From positions 53,382,001-53,446,000 of the forward strand of contig NC_135817.1 in NCBI RefSeq assembly GCF_964213995.1: DNA of 64,000 nt. The letters are read 5' to 3'. The translations under genes were made by a program, and so were the position numbers. A model generated the notes under the pieces. That model worked only from the letters and a program-made list of their open reading frames with translations, did no database searches and had not been told where the DNA came from. Shown piece by piece: positions 1 to 12,480 of this stretch (its first letter is position 1; each line of letters opens with the position of its first letter). This stretch comes from Mustelus asterias (Eukaryota).

Positions 1-171
1 TGTTTTTGGTAAATCACGGCGTTCCCGAGGAGTCACGCTCAGGACCATTGTTTTTGGTGTCCAGGGCACAATTTAAAATTTGCAGATGACACAAAACTTG
101 GAATTATGGTGAACTGTGAGGAGAATCGGGAGGTCATTGATTGAATAGCAGACATGTGGTGGACAGATTTA

Positions 172-1213
172 GGGGAATTTAGGAACTTAGGTTTTCCCAA
201 AAAACTTCTAAGTGCTGAATTTGCGGGAAAACTGGTGTAATTCACAATTGTTTTTTCAGTGGGAGTTCACACTGGAATCTCCCACACTCTGTGTAATGCA
301 GAGGCCACAATTATGAATATCACTAAAAGCAGAGGGGACGGGGTCTATTCACCCCAGAGTCTGACTGCTCCGGGCCTCTGCATACGTGTAATGGCCCCAA
401 ACTGTCAGCCTGCAGTTTGATGGCCAGTTCAATCACTGGCCAGCACAGCACCCTCGCAGTGCTGCCCCTCCAGCTCCCCCATGATCCGGTCGTGGCCCCC
501 ACGACCATTCCCGGGCCAGCCTCGACCCCTCTCCTGTCCAGGAGCCCCCCGATCTCCAGCTCCCCCACCCCAGCTGTGGTGATCCCCCCCTCCACAGGAG
601 GCAGACGCCCCCATCCCCCAGCAGCCCGTCCTGATCGCTGGCCTCCCTCCAGTCCCGACTGATCCCCATGCAGAGTGGCAGCAGGATCCCCACTCCCATG
701 GACCGCCCCTAAGCTGCGTCCCCTAGGGCCCGCCCCCTAGGCCACACCCCCTTGCCACTGCCGGGTGCCCGGTGGGCAGTGACAAGGTGCCCCCCTGGGC
801 ATGGGCAGTGCCAGGGGGCATGGGCTGGCACTGCCAGGGTTCCCATGCCCAAAGGGCCTTGATTGCCCCCCCTTCACTCCAGTGGGGTCGTCCCGCTAGT
901 TCCCTGAAAGTGGGGAGCTAGTCTGAACTCCGCCAGAGTGAAATTGCACTGACGGGGTGGGAGATACTAGCGGGCCCAAAGCCTTCAGTGCCGGGCCCGT
1001 AATGACATCAAAATAGGATTAAAAATAGATTAAAATCACTTACCTGCTGTCCCCGCCGATTTCCAGCATGGTCCCGACCGTGCCGGATATCCGGCGCTCG
1101 GAGATGCACGCACATCCGGAACGCATGTGCGAATCCCGCGAATTAGCCCACACGCGGTTCTCCCAGCCCACCGCGCTAAAGAATTAGCGTGTCGGGATGG
1201 GAGAATCGCCCCC
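172..1213. mobile_element. About 1-kb GC-rich non-autonomous DNA transposon (PIF/Harbinger-type MITE)
   Basis: Ends in 'gggagaatcgccccc', the reverse complement of the 'ggggcgattctc' that starts the homologous copy at 28023. Region 190-450 aligns by eye to 28030-28280. Flanked by tta/tca. Confidence 0.65.
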
Positions 1214-1363
1214 TCAATGTATAAAGAATGTGGAAAGACAACATGAGCTAAAGGATACATTTTTAGAGGGGATAAGGGAGCAGAGGGACTTGGGGATATA
1301 TGTGCACAGATTATTGAGCATAAATAGGCATATTGGGTTCTGGGCTTTATAAGTAGAGCCATA

Positions 1364-1490
1364 GGCCAGAATTGTATCGGCAAACCTGCCCTGATTCCAG
1401 GGGCTGGCAAGGCTCGGAGAACGGCATTCCCCGTTGGCCTCGGGCAGGATCGTACGAACCTCAGGCAGACGTGCCGGTAAAATTCTGCCC
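1364..1490. mobile_element. Short MITE (Harbinger-like) with 3-bp TSD
   Basis: Termini ggccagaatt...aattctgccc; ATA on both sides (1361-1363, 1491-1493). Confidence 0.7.
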
Positions 1491-1812
1491 ATACAGTACA
1501 AAAACAGCAAGTTATGGGGAACCTTTATAAAGCACTGTTTCAGCCTCAATTAGAGTATTGTGTCCTAGTCTGGGATCCGTAATTTAGGAAGGATTGGAAG
1601 GCCATGGAGAGGATGCAGGAAAGATGTATGCGAATGGCTCCAGGGATGAAGCACTTGGGTTATATGATTAGACTGACAAATCTGGGATTGGTCTACTCCA
1701 AGAAGTTTTAAAGGAATCTAAACGTTTATAACCGGAACAGGCAGAATTCATGTCACTCTCACCAACAATACTTTGGCTAGGATTACTAATAAATAAGAAA
1801 AGCCTTTGAAAC

Positions 1813-2162
1813 AGAATAGAATAGAATCATAGAATCCCTACAGTGCAGAAGGGGGCCATTCGGCCCATCGAGTCTGCATCAACACTCTGACAGAGCATTC
1901 CACCAGGCCCTACCCTTGAAACTCCATGTATTTAGCCTGCTAATCCCCCGAACCTACACATCTTGAGACACTAAGGGCAATTTAGCATGGCCAATTCACC
2001 TAACCTGCACATCTTTGGACTGTGGGAGGAAACTGGAGCACCCGGAGGAAACCCATGCAGACACAGGGAGAACATACAAACTCCACACAGGCAGTGACTG
2101 GAATTGAACCTGAGTCCCTGGCGCTGTGAGGCAGCAGTGTTAGCTACATGCCACCATGCCGC
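1813..2162 (-). mobile_element. HE1-like tRNA-derived V-SINE with CR1-type tail
   Basis: Reverse complement reads ggtggca...actgctgcctcacagcgccaggg...gtggagtttg...ccatgctaaattg...gatgggccgaatggcc...attctatgattcta. Confidence 0.9.
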
Positions 2163-2369
2163 AAAATAGTGCGGCACATTTCTGTCTGACTGAAATTTAT
2201 CTCTGTTAATAATCAAAAAAAAGTCTAAATTCAGAGAAATCCATGGATTTGAATTGTTTGGCTATTAATATGGCACCTGATAGAATAAATCTTAAATAGT
2301 TGCTCACCATCTGCCGTGGTTTTAAGCCTTGGTTCAGGCTGAGGTCCTCATTGTCACACGATTGTGTTC

Positions 2370-2472
2370 ATGGAGTACTCTAGAATTCAGACAAATATTC
2401 TACGTTGCCATTTAATTGTCAATGGGACTTATCCACTTTGTTCTTACATTCTCACCACTGTGGTTGTAAATG
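2370..2472 (+). CDS. Gene A exon 1: putative leader exon of a B7/butyrophilin-like gene
   Basis: ATG at 2370 is open to a strong phase-1 donor G|GTGAGT (2473). Translates MEYSRIQTNILRCHLIVNGTYPLCSYILTTVVVN. Phase matches the IgV exon. Confidence 0.6.
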
Positions 2473-2614
2473 GTGAGTGGTAAAGGCTGGACCTGATGTT
2501 GTTGCCAGGGCTCAAAGCTGCTGTTGTTTTATCGGAAGCCTGAAAGGTGGAGTGGTGGTGGTTTTCCCAGCTGGTGAAACCTGTCAGGAGCAAGAAGACA
2601 GGCATGTGCTGTGA

Positions 2615-2910
2615 CAAAAACAGAAAAATGCTGGAAAATTGGGGTGTGGAATGGACTGCCTGCTGTGATAGTGGAGTCGGACACTTTAGGAACTTTCAAG
2701 CGGTTATTGGATAGGCACATGGAGCACACTAGAATGATAGGAGTGGGATAGCTTGATCTTGGTTTCGGAAAAGGTTCGGCACAACATCGTGGGCCGAAGG
2801 GCCTGTACTGTGCTGTACTGTTCTATGTTCTATGTAAAATCTCAGCAGGTCTGATAGCATCTGTGGAGAGAGAGTAGAGCCAATATTTCGAGTCTAGATG
2901 ACCCTTCATC
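2615..2910 (-). mobile_element. Penelope-like pLTR fragment split by a CR1 3' end (about 2641-2835, +)
   Basis: aaaatgctggaaaat | CR1 tail ending in (tatgttc)n | aaaatctcagcaggtctg...tttcgagtctagatgacccttcatc (hammerhead core on the - strand). Confidence 0.7.
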
Positions 2911-3390
2911 TTTGGGCCGTGAGATGTCTTTCATGTGGACTTCTGTGCCTGAATGAAAACCTCTAAATGCAAGTTCGAGTGAAGCACTGGTGTCATAGAG
3001 ACATTAGGGATTTAGGCCAATCAATCCATCAAGTACAAGACAGCTCTAGAAAACAACAGATAGACATGGCAGTGTTGGAGTTAGCTCAAAGCTAGCTCCA
3101 AATGTTATTAAAAACATATTCAGTTACTTACCAACGGCCTACATAGACCAGGAAATTCCTCGGAGCTCATCCTTGTCTGATGTTGTATATTAGCCAGAAA
3201 GTGGAAACCAACTCTGAGGAATTCACGATCACAATCAAACCCATTTATAAGCGAAACAATGTACCTTTTCAACACTTTTTTATAAATGATAGAAATAAAC
3301 AGATCTGATCTGAACAAAGGCTAATATATATTTATGTGAATAATTATTAAAATATTTGTTTTAATAATGGTACTGTCATCCCTTGTGCAG

Positions 3391-3726
3391 AGACATTCAT
3401 TGTTTCCTCTGATGAGGACATTGCTGCAGAGATTGGCAACCATGTCATTCTCAACTGTGCATTTGATAGCCATGGTGACAGTAATCCTACAGTGATCTGG
3501 CAGAAGATAGGTCTGGATCAAACTGTGCACAAGTACAGGGAAAATGAGAATGACTTCAGCGAACAGCACAAAAACTACACCAAGAGAACTGAACTTCATG
3601 GAGTCAACAAAGGAGACGCATCTCTTACACTGAAGAATGTTAATATCTGGGATGAAGGAACCTACAAGTGCAGTGTGTATAATGACAATGGATTTGGTGA
3701 CGTATTAATACATCTATCTGTTTGGG
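3391..3726 (+). CDS. Gene A exon 2: IgV domain, B7/butyrophilin (BTN/HHLA2/VTCN1-like) family
   Basis: Acceptor ttgtgcag| and donor G|gtatgt, phase 1-1. ETFIVSSDEDIAAEIGNHVILNCAF...VIWQK...VHKYRENENDFSEQHKNYTKRTEL...KGDASLTLKNVNIWDEGTYKCSV carries the family-typical Q...Y..RTEL, GDASLxL and DEGxYxC motifs. Confidence 0.92.
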
Positions 3727-3989
3727 GTATGTCATCTGTTTTGCATCTGCATTTAGAATCACTCGGTGTTTAATTATTTTAATTTTTACGCAGGTTTCCA
3801 GTGACTCTAGCGGAAAAGACAGTTTTCATTTCATTTAGTTATTAAGAAAGTTTGTTATGGAATGACAGCAATAGCTTCTAACCTAGATTGCCAAGCAAAA
3901 CAAAAATGAAAATATACCAGATTCTCCTGATGTCCAGGTTGGGCCAATGCTAATTGAAGTTTGGAAGAGTGACAGGTAATCTTATCGGA

Positions 3990-4305
3990 ATATAGAATTC
4001 CTACAGAAGTAGGGCCATCCAGCCCATCGAGCCTGCACCGACAACAATCCCATCCAGGTCCTTTCCCCGTAACCTCATGTATTTACCGTGCTCAACCCTC
4101 TGACGCTAAAGAGCAATTTAGCACGGCCAATCAACCTAACCTGCACATCTTTGGACTGTGGGAGGAAACCGGAGCACCCGGAGGAAACCCATGCAGACAC
4201 GGGGAGAATGTGCAAACTCCATACAGACAGTCACCCAAGGCTGGAATTGAACCCAGGTCCCCAGTACTGGGAGACAGCAGTGCTAATCACTGTGCCACCG
4301 TGCTG
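3990..4305 (-). mobile_element. HE1-like V-SINE, CR1-type tail
   Basis: Same head, core and tail as 1813-2162. Confidence 0.88.
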
Positions 4306-4460
4306 TCCATGTAAAAGGCACGTAAGATTCTGAGGGGGTTTAACAGAGTAGATGCTGTGGGGATGTTTTCCCTCATAGGGGACTCTAGAACTGGTGGGGT
4401 TGGGGGAGGGGGGGGGCACAATTTAAAAATAAAAGGCCTCCCATTTAAGTTGGAGATGAG

Positions 4461-4582
4461 GGGCAGGACTTTACTCGCTTGTCCCAAAACCATAAAACCC
4501 TGCCTGAAGTCAGTGGACCTTCCCATACTCCACCCCTCACTCGCTCGATTCCCGTGGCGAGCGGGCCGATAAAATTCTGGCC
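4461..4582. mobile_element. Short MITE with 3-bp TSD (GAG) inside an old CR1 3' fragment (about 4312-4806)
   Basis: Termini gggcaggacttta...taaaattctggcc; GAG at 4458-4460 and 4583-4585. Confidence 0.65.
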
Positions 4583-5892
4583 GAGGAATCATGAGTGACA
4601 TGAGTATTTTGAATTCCCTTCCACAGAGGACAGTGGAGGTTGAGTTATTGAATGTTTGAAGGCTGAGTTAGAATTTTGATCGATGGAGTCAGGCTGGAAA
4701 ATGGAGCTGAGGCCACAGTCAGATCAGTCATGATCTTATCAAATGGTAGAGCAACCGAAATGGGCCAAATGGGCAATTCCTGCTCCTACTTTTCATTGTC
4801 TTATCATCCTGCACTAGGATCAGGGATTATGCCATTTTTCTCTGGTATTCACTGAAGCTACAGTGGGGGATCAGGAGACTTCAGCCAGAATTTTTACCAC
4901 ATTGCGGGGAATTTTCCCATCCTGCCCGCCATGGAAATCGTAGGGGGGGGGGGGGGGGGAGGAAACCATGGAAAAGTCTGTTGACCTCAGGTGGAATTTA
5001 GTCTGTTGACCTCAGGTGGAATTTTCTGATTTTGGGGCAAGCATGGCCAGAAAATCTCGCCCATTGGCTTTGGAAGATGAAATTGTCAAACTTTATCCCG
5101 GAGGTATTATTGGTTAGAACAATAACACAAATCTGTAATCCAAATTAATCTGTATCCCTGATCCTACTTCCAGCAGTATTGTAAATGAAGGCCAATAATT
5201 TGCATTAAAAAACAGACACCATGGTAGGCAGACAGTGGACCAAAAATAAAAGATAACGATGAAGCAAGAGTATCTGGACAGTTGAGGCACCCGTAGAGGA
5301 AACTGAGAAAGTATAAGAGATTGATCAGATTAAAAAGCCAGCAGGTCAACTCAGAATTGAAAACAGGAGTGCTGTCAAAATATCTTTGGGGTTTATTTAT
5401 AATTTCTACCCAGCGGATGTTATAATTTTTTGAACAAAAATTTCCTAGGTCTTTTCTGGAATGGCCTTCAGCAATTCCTTTAAGGATAGTTAATTAGACC
5501 ATTTCTTGGCTGGTACAAATGGCCTGATGAACACAGAACACATGTCACCTACCCATTTCTGAAAATTGTAAACAGAGTTCTACAAAACACTGCAAGGAGC
5601 TGATCTCCATATTGTAAGATGGCCTTCTCCTGTTTAGGTGAAATTTGTCAGTAGATTTGGGATGATATGGACAGGTTGGTAAAGCAGGAACAAGGCAGAT
5701 CAATTTCACTTGGTAAAGTGAAGTGATGCACGTTGGCGGGAGGGGGTTTTTGAGGGGACTAATATAGGAACACATGCACTATAAATGGCATGATTTTGAA
5801 AAATGCAAATGAGCAGAGAGATCTTAGTAACCAAATAAACAAGTCATTAAAGATGGCACAGTAAGCCGATAAGATGGTTACAAAAAGCATAA

Positions 5893-6432
5893 CTGTACAA
5901 TACTATGTACAGTTCTGGTCACCCTATTATAGAAAGGATATTATTAAACTAGAAAGAGTGCAGAAAAGATTTACTGGGATGCTACCGGGACTTGATGGTT
6001 TGAGTTGTAAGGAGAGGCTGGATAGACTGGGACTTTTTTCTCTGGAGCGTAGAAGGCTGAGGGGTGATCTTACAGAGGTCTGTAAAATAATGAGGGGCAT
6101 ATATCAGCTAGATGGTCAATATCTTTTCATAAGGTAGGGGAGTCTAAAACTGGAGGGCATAGTTTAAAGTGAGAGGGGAGAGATACAAAAGTGTCCAGAG
6201 GGGCAATCTTTTCACACAGAGGGTGATGAGTGTCTGGAACAAGCTGCCAGAGGTAGTAGTAGAGACAGGTACAATTTTGTCTTTTAAAAAGCATTTAGAC
6301 AGTTACATGGGTAAGAGGGATATGGGCCAAATGCGGGCAATGGGGACTGGCTTTGGGGTTTAAAAAAAAGGGCGGCATGGACAAGTTGGGCCGAAGGACC
6401 TGTTTCCATGCTGTAAACCTCTATGACTCTAT
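5893..6432 (+). mobile_element. CR1 LINE 3' end (young subfamily), nested in older CR1 debris (about 5650-7060)
   Basis: Translates VQFWSPYYRKDIIKLERVQKRFT...LERRRLRGDL...FFTQRV; (ctatga) tail; near-identical to 18531-19053 and 62233-62770. Confidence 0.92.
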
Positions 6433-7278
6433 ACTGCTTCTTGGATTTTAAATAGAGTAATATGATATAAAACCAGGGAGATGATGCTGAAAAAATATCA
6501 GTCACTGATTAGGTCTCGCGAATATTGTGGATAATTCTGGACGTGACACTTCAGTAATGATGTAAAGACCTTACAAGGCGTAACAATGGAGGTTTATTAG
6601 AAATGACCAGGAATATGGGATTTTAGTTACAAGGAGAGATTGGAAAATTTAGGGCTATTGTCTTTGGAACAGGGAAGGTAAAGAGGTGACTTAATTGAGG
6701 TTTTCAGGATGATCAGAGGTTTTGATAGGGTAGTCAGAGAAATTAATCTCTCCAGTGAGTGCATCAAAAACCTGAAATCATTGATTTAAAATAATTGGCA
6801 ACATATGTGAAGGTGAGCTGATGAATTATTTTCATTCAGTTGCTGCGATCTAGAATGCTGAACCTAAAAAGGTGGTTGAAGGTGATTCTAAAAATAATGT
6901 TCAAAGGGAGTTGGGCAGGTTGTTGAGGATGTTGAACTTACAGGATTATGGAAAACACAGGAGTATGGAACTAAAAATGACAATTCTTTCAAAGAACTAG
7001 TCCAGGGATGATGGGCTGAATGGCCTCATCTTGTTCTATAATTTTCCACGATTATATGATACCTGCATTTATCCAAAGCTCCTAATTCCAACATAAAACA
7101 CTAAACCCATCCCCTGTAGTTTATTTTTGCTCTGCGGAAAATAGCTTTGGCATTATTGGTCACAGCATGCTTTTAAATACATGTTCTCAACTGTTGTGAA
7201 AGCTGTAATGTTCTGTAATGGGTTACAGGCACATTATCTTTGCGGTTCCTTATATAATGGCATGTTATTTTTCTCTAG

Positions 7279-7566
7279 CACAATGTACTGACGGTATCCA
7301 TATCGTATGGAAATCTGATGGAAATGGCAATGACATGCTGTCTTGCCAGTCTTCAGGCTGGTACCCAAAACCAGAAGTTAGCTGGAAAGATAAGCATGGT
7401 AATGATCTGAATGAGTTTGCTGAAGTAACCCTGACCAGAGACAACAATGGATTTTTCAGTGTTGAACATGACCTGAAGCAGGACCATGATTCAAAGAACC
7501 AGTACATCTGCTCCAAGAAACATCAGTGGATGACAGAACCTCTCCGTGCTCGAGCTGTGTTCACAG
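7279..7566 (+). CDS. Gene A exon 3: IgC domain of B7/butyrophilin type
   Basis: Acceptor ttttctctag| and donor G|gtgggt, phase 1-1. LSCQSSGWYPKPEVSWKD...G...TRDNNGFFSV...YIC matches the BTN/B7 CxSxGWYPxPxVxW signature. Confidence 0.92.
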
Positions 7567-8487
7567 GTGGGTTTTATTTGTGAGATTTATGCTCAGGTTA
7601 ACAGACTAATGTAAAAGTTGTGGAAAACATATCTATCTGTTGGGTAGAGAAACACATCAATAATGTGATTATGGACAAAATAATAATCTGTTTCTTAAAG
7701 TTATTTAAAGACAGGAAATGTGCCATGAAATTGTGCTGTTGACGATACACTGAACACTTAACACAGTTATTGAAATACCTCTGTCTGATACTTTGATAGA
7801 GGCAATGACCTAACAAGAACAAGTATTTGCAGACAGAAAATTATAAGACGTATCAATACTTTTAGAGATAAATTGGGTAAAATTGTTAGGAATTAATACG
7901 TTAGAATTCTTGATATCAATAACTGGATTACACTTCTGTTAAAATAGCAATAAAAATAAAATAAAGAATAATGTTATTAATTTAAATGTATTAGGCCAAT
8001 TTGTTTTAGTGTGGAAGTGATACCCATTGACTGATTTCATCGATATTCTAGTTTTGTAAGGCTATTAGGGTCGCCAAATGTGAAAAATCTTTTGTCTGAA
8101 TGTGACCCTTCTTAATCTGCCAGTTTCCTTGGCTTGAAAGCCTAAGTGAAAAAATTACACAAAACCCAATACAGATTCTTATTTGTTTCAATAAGGAAAC
8201 ATGGAATGATCAAAGAGGGAGGGCATTTTCTACCCATGTTAGAAATCTAGTATCTTTATTTGTGCTGTGTATGAAACTATTCTTGTGAAGGGAAAATCAG
8301 GGAATGTGAGGAGAACCACTTCAGTGCTGGACATAGTAAGAACCTTGTGAGTAAATCAAAGTGTTTTTATTTTTTTTTAAATGGAATCCTCCATAAATAT
8401 TACAATCTGTTCTGCTGAAGTAACTAACTTTTGGATATTTATATTGGCCATAAGAAGCTTTGAAAGAGCACAGAGCCTTTTTCTGTT

Positions 8488-8965
8488 GTTAACATATTCT
8501 TATCTTTATGCCACTATCAGCACCTTCTTTAGTCTTTAACACCACCATTAACGTTTCCTTTGTCTTGTGTCCATGACATCTTTGTTGATCTCTCCTGAGC
8601 TTCCACCTGTCCCTGATCTTCTATTCCGCTCAACACTCTCTACCCCCCTCTCCAACTATACAATCCTTCACATTTCTATCCATCTTCAGCTCTGAATAAG
8701 AGTCACATGGACTCAAAACCATGTGCGGGATTCTCCAGCCGCGCGTACCCCAAGACCGGAAATTCCTGCCCGAGCTCGAACTTTAAATGGTCCACTGAAT
8801 TTTCTGTCTCGCCCACTACCATTCCCACAGCGGTCGAGATGGGAAAATTTCGGCCATTAACTCTGTTCCTCTCTCCACAGATGCTGCCAGACCTGCTGGG
8901 TCTTTCCAGCATTTTCCGTTTTTATTTCAGATTTCCAGCATTTGCAGTTTTTTGCTTTTATTTAA
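8488..8965 (+). mobile_element. Penelope-like 3'/pLTR fragment with an internal MITE (about 8723-8856)
   Basis: Degenerate hammerhead ctgaataagagtcacatggactcaaaac, then ctctccacagatgctgccagacctgctg...ttccagcatttgcag. Confidence 0.65.
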
Positions 8966-9436
8966 AAGGTACTCATTGGCTATGAAGGATTGTTGGTGTG
9001 TTTTTAATTTCCGACAAATAAAATCACATTTTGATGAAGTGTATGTTTCAAGACTTTGGCTGGGCTTCTCCGACGTCACCCACAACTGGGATTATCCAGT
9101 CCCACTGCTATGAACAGAGATTTGGCTGAGCGTCAAATTCTCCATTCTCACTGGCAGCGGTAGCGGGGCATGCAAGACTGGAGAATTCCGGCCTATGTTC
9201 TAGTTGAAATTGCAGCTTAGGAAAAATTGACACTGGTTATTTGAACTGAGGATGAAATAACTCAATGTTACATATGAAATAGGCACCAGAATTTGCAATC
9301 ACTTTAAGTTATCTTGAACACTTTTCTTTGAAAGTGTAAGCCTCTCATGAAAGGACTAGTTTTACACATCACTACCTCATAACACGGCATGAGCTGAAGA
9401 AATACTGACATGTCTTTATCTTTCCTTTACTTTCAG

Positions 9437-9489
9437 ATGGGGGAACCATTGTTCGCATAGATGATGGAAGTCCTCCTTCAGATTTATAA
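9437..9489 (+). CDS. Gene A putative terminal exon (hydrophilic, no TM)
   Basis: Strong polypyrimidine acceptor tctttatctttcctttactttcag|. The phase-1 frame gives DGGTIVRIDDGSPPSDL*. ATTAAA at about 9605. Confidence 0.5.
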
Positions 9490-10579
9490 GTCAGAAGCTG
9501 TTTTATCAAATTGAAGCCTTCAAATATCTTGTCGGAATAATTCTTCATTGCTCACTATGAATTGCAAAGCTTTGCCAAACTGAAACCTGCACATATTGTA
9601 TCCAATTAAAAAATTGTCTGTTGTTTCTTTATAAGTCACTGAATAATTAAGGGATATATTTTTCTTTGGAGAAATTCACTGAGTGATGGAGAGTAATTCA
9701 ACTCTTTCTGTTTTGCAGAAGAAGACAGGTGGTTAGCATTGGAAAATCAATAATTGGAATGGGGGTAGCTCATTTTAAACTGACGCCACATTTCATTGTG
9801 CCCGCAAACAGGTAACCAGCTGAGCTGCTGAAATGTGCAAATTGGGGTCCACAGCTGTTTATAGGACTAGTCGCAAATTCAGGTACAAATTCTCACTGCT
9901 TGCACCATTCAGTTTTCCAGATCTTGAGCTGAGAAGCCACAAACTGAAATGTCAATTTCACCATTTCATTAATCGGAGGGTTGGCTGCCGACTGCCACCT
10001 GCTGCACTTGCTGCCAACTCCCAGGACCCTTCCTCTCCCAGGGTATATAGATATTATCACATCAAAAAATGATTGACAAAAAACTTTATAAAATCCTGTC
10101 TAATACCCGCTGTGCACCCTGTCTTACAAAACAGAGGGTTTTGTATACTCGTCTAGAGTATCTCAGGTGTGTGGAGTTGGTGAATGAGGCAGATTTCTGG
10201 GGGCTATTATATTTTGATTCGCAATCCTGTCAGCGAAGAATGTTCTAAATTGGGTAATACTAACTACTGTTATTTTAAGCAAATAGAGTGGCTTTTTTCC
10301 CTCATCTTTCTCTCTTTCGTTCTTTTGCACTCTGTCACAAGCAAGTTATTTAGTGGAAAAACATTTAAAACCTTTATCATTTTAAGCAGAAGAAACAATA
10401 TTGTCATTTAAGCTGAAGAGGCAAGAATGTCGTTGGCCACTAAAAAGGTGGACTGCATCTGAAATATTAAAGTAATGAAGCCATTCCATTTGTATAAATT
10501 TACAGATATGAAAACCAGCAGTGTGGGTATGAAAACAAGAGTCTTGGGATTCTGATGGACTTCATCACTAAACATTTCA

Positions 10580-10948
10580 TGGGGGAAGGTGATGGCCGAA
10601 TGGTATTATCACTAGATTATTAATCCAGAAACTCAGGTAATGTTCTGGGGACCCAGAACTCCACCATGACAAATGAAAGAAATTGAATTCAATAAAAAAA
10701 AAGTCTGGAATTAAGAATCTACTGATGACCATGAAACCACTGTCAATTGTTGGAACAACCCATCTGGTTCACTAATGCCCTTTAGGGAAGGAAATCTGCC
10801 ATCCTTACCTGGTCTGGTCTACATGTAACTCATGAGAGTAGAGCCACAGCAATGTGGTTGACTCTCAGTTGCCCTCAGGCAACAAGGGATGGACAATAAA
10901 CACTGAGCAGCCAACAACGCCCATGTCCCCTGATTGAATAAAAATAAA
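10580..10948 (+). mobile_element. Second tRNA-derived SINE family; body and tail shared with the LINE at 29850-32345 and 53435-56152
   Basis: A-box-like tggccgaatgg head, then tttagggaaggaaatctgccatccttacctggtctgg...gcaacaagggatggacaataaa...cccatgtccc...gaataaaa. Partial copies at about 13315-13460 and 47055-47193. Confidence 0.8.
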
Positions 10949-11582
10949 TTCAGAAATAGCTGTGGAACATTAGCTCCTGTGCTCATTGTGCAGCCCGAGA
11001 GATAAGAAAATGCTAGTGGAGGCTCATTTGTGAACCAGCAGCTGGGCTGAAACTTGTGACTTTTCCAGAGGTGATAAAGAGGTTTTTATATTGATATTTT
11101 TCTGCAAACAGAAGTAGGAAAAAGCAGCGTCAAAATTTTGTTTCAGTAATTTACTTTGTGATGGAATGTATATTTGTGATTTGCTTTGGTGGTATTTGTG
11201 ACTTATTTGTATTGATTTATAATGAACTAACTAACCCTTGGAGTTATATTGATGTAAGTAGTGCACTGTTATAGTTTGTAAGTTGACCCATGATCCCATA
11301 CATGTTTGTGGTGGCAATTATTAGTGTCCCAACCTGTATTAACAGAGCTCTAGGTCGGGATTTTCTGGCCAAACTGCAGTGGGTTTCGTGCCATCAGATG
11401 TGGTGAACCATTCAAATTTCTAATGACTTTGGCAGGATCTCGCTGAAAAAGGACATTAGCGACTTCTTCCAGCTTTGGCCACTGGGAATTTCGCACCACT
11501 CCTTTCTACACAATTGGGATTCTAAGGTATCAGTAGAAAGACACGGCACAATCTTATCTGCAGTTCAGGCAACACTCCCACT

Positions 11583-12320
11583 GAACAAAGAACAAAGAAA
11601 ATTACAGCACAGGAACAGGCCCTTCAGCCCTCCAAGCACTGACGATGCTGCCGGACTAAACTAAAACCCCTACGCTTCTGGGGACCATATCCCTCTATTC
11701 CCATCTCATTCATGTACTTGTCAAGATGCCCCTTAAAAGTCGCTACCGTATCCGCTTCCACTACCTCCCCCGGCAACGAGTTCCAGGCACCCACCACTCT
11801 CTGTGTAAAAAATCTGCCTCGTACATCTCTTTTAAAACTTGCCCCTCGCACCTTAAACCTATGCCCCCTAGTAATTGACTCTTCCACCCTGGGAAAAAGC
11901 TCCTGACTATCCGCTCTGTCCATACCTCTCATAATCTTGTAGACTTCTTTCAGGTCTCCCCTCAACGTCTGTCGTTCCAGTGAGAACAAACCAAGTTTCT
12001 CCAACCTCTCCTCATAGCTAATGCCCTCCATATCAGGCAACATCCTGGTAAATCTTTTCTGTACCCTCTCCAAAGCCTCCACATCCTTCTGGTAGTGTGG
12101 CGACCAGAATTGAACACTGTATTCCCAGTGCGGCCTCACAAAGGTTCTATAAAGCATCAACATGACTTGCCAATTTTTAAACTCAATACCCCGGCCGATG
12201 AAGGCAAGCATGCTGTATGCCTTCTTGACTACCTTCTCCACCTGCATTGCCACTTTCAGTGACCTGTGTACCTGTACACCCAGATCCCTTTGCCTATCAA
12301 TACTCCTAAGGGTTCTGCCA
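11583..12320 (-). mobile_element. 5'-truncated CR1 LINE
   Basis: 209-aa ORF with YSVQFWSPHYQKDVEALERVQKRFTRM and RGHRFKV; (ttctttg)n tail. Confidence 0.95.
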
Positions 12321-12480
12321 GGTCTGCTGCGAAGTCAGAGGACTTGGCAGCTAGCCAAATTTCCGTTCACTGCAGCGAGATGGGAAAATTCTGCCGGCAT
12401 GAATGGTGGTAAGATTCTGGCCAAAATGTACAATTTTCCACATTTTCCAGTAATGTCTGACAACACAGTTAGTAAAAGTC

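Larger units (their letters stand above)
55..1720 (+). mobile_element. Old, degraded CR1 LINE fragment interrupted by MITE insertions
   Basis: Contains 'aaatttgcagatgacacaaaact' (KFADDTK, RT) and, after the insertions, a decayed CR1 C-terminal block (tataaagcactg...gagtattgtgtc...aggaaggat). Confidence 0.7.

Noticed and set aside
10184-10411. Hydrophobic stretch WLFSLIFLSFVLL as the missing TM exon of gene A
   Set aside because: It derives from a T-rich tract, and the nearest acceptor (ttttaag|caa) is phase 0, whereas the IgC donor is phase 1.
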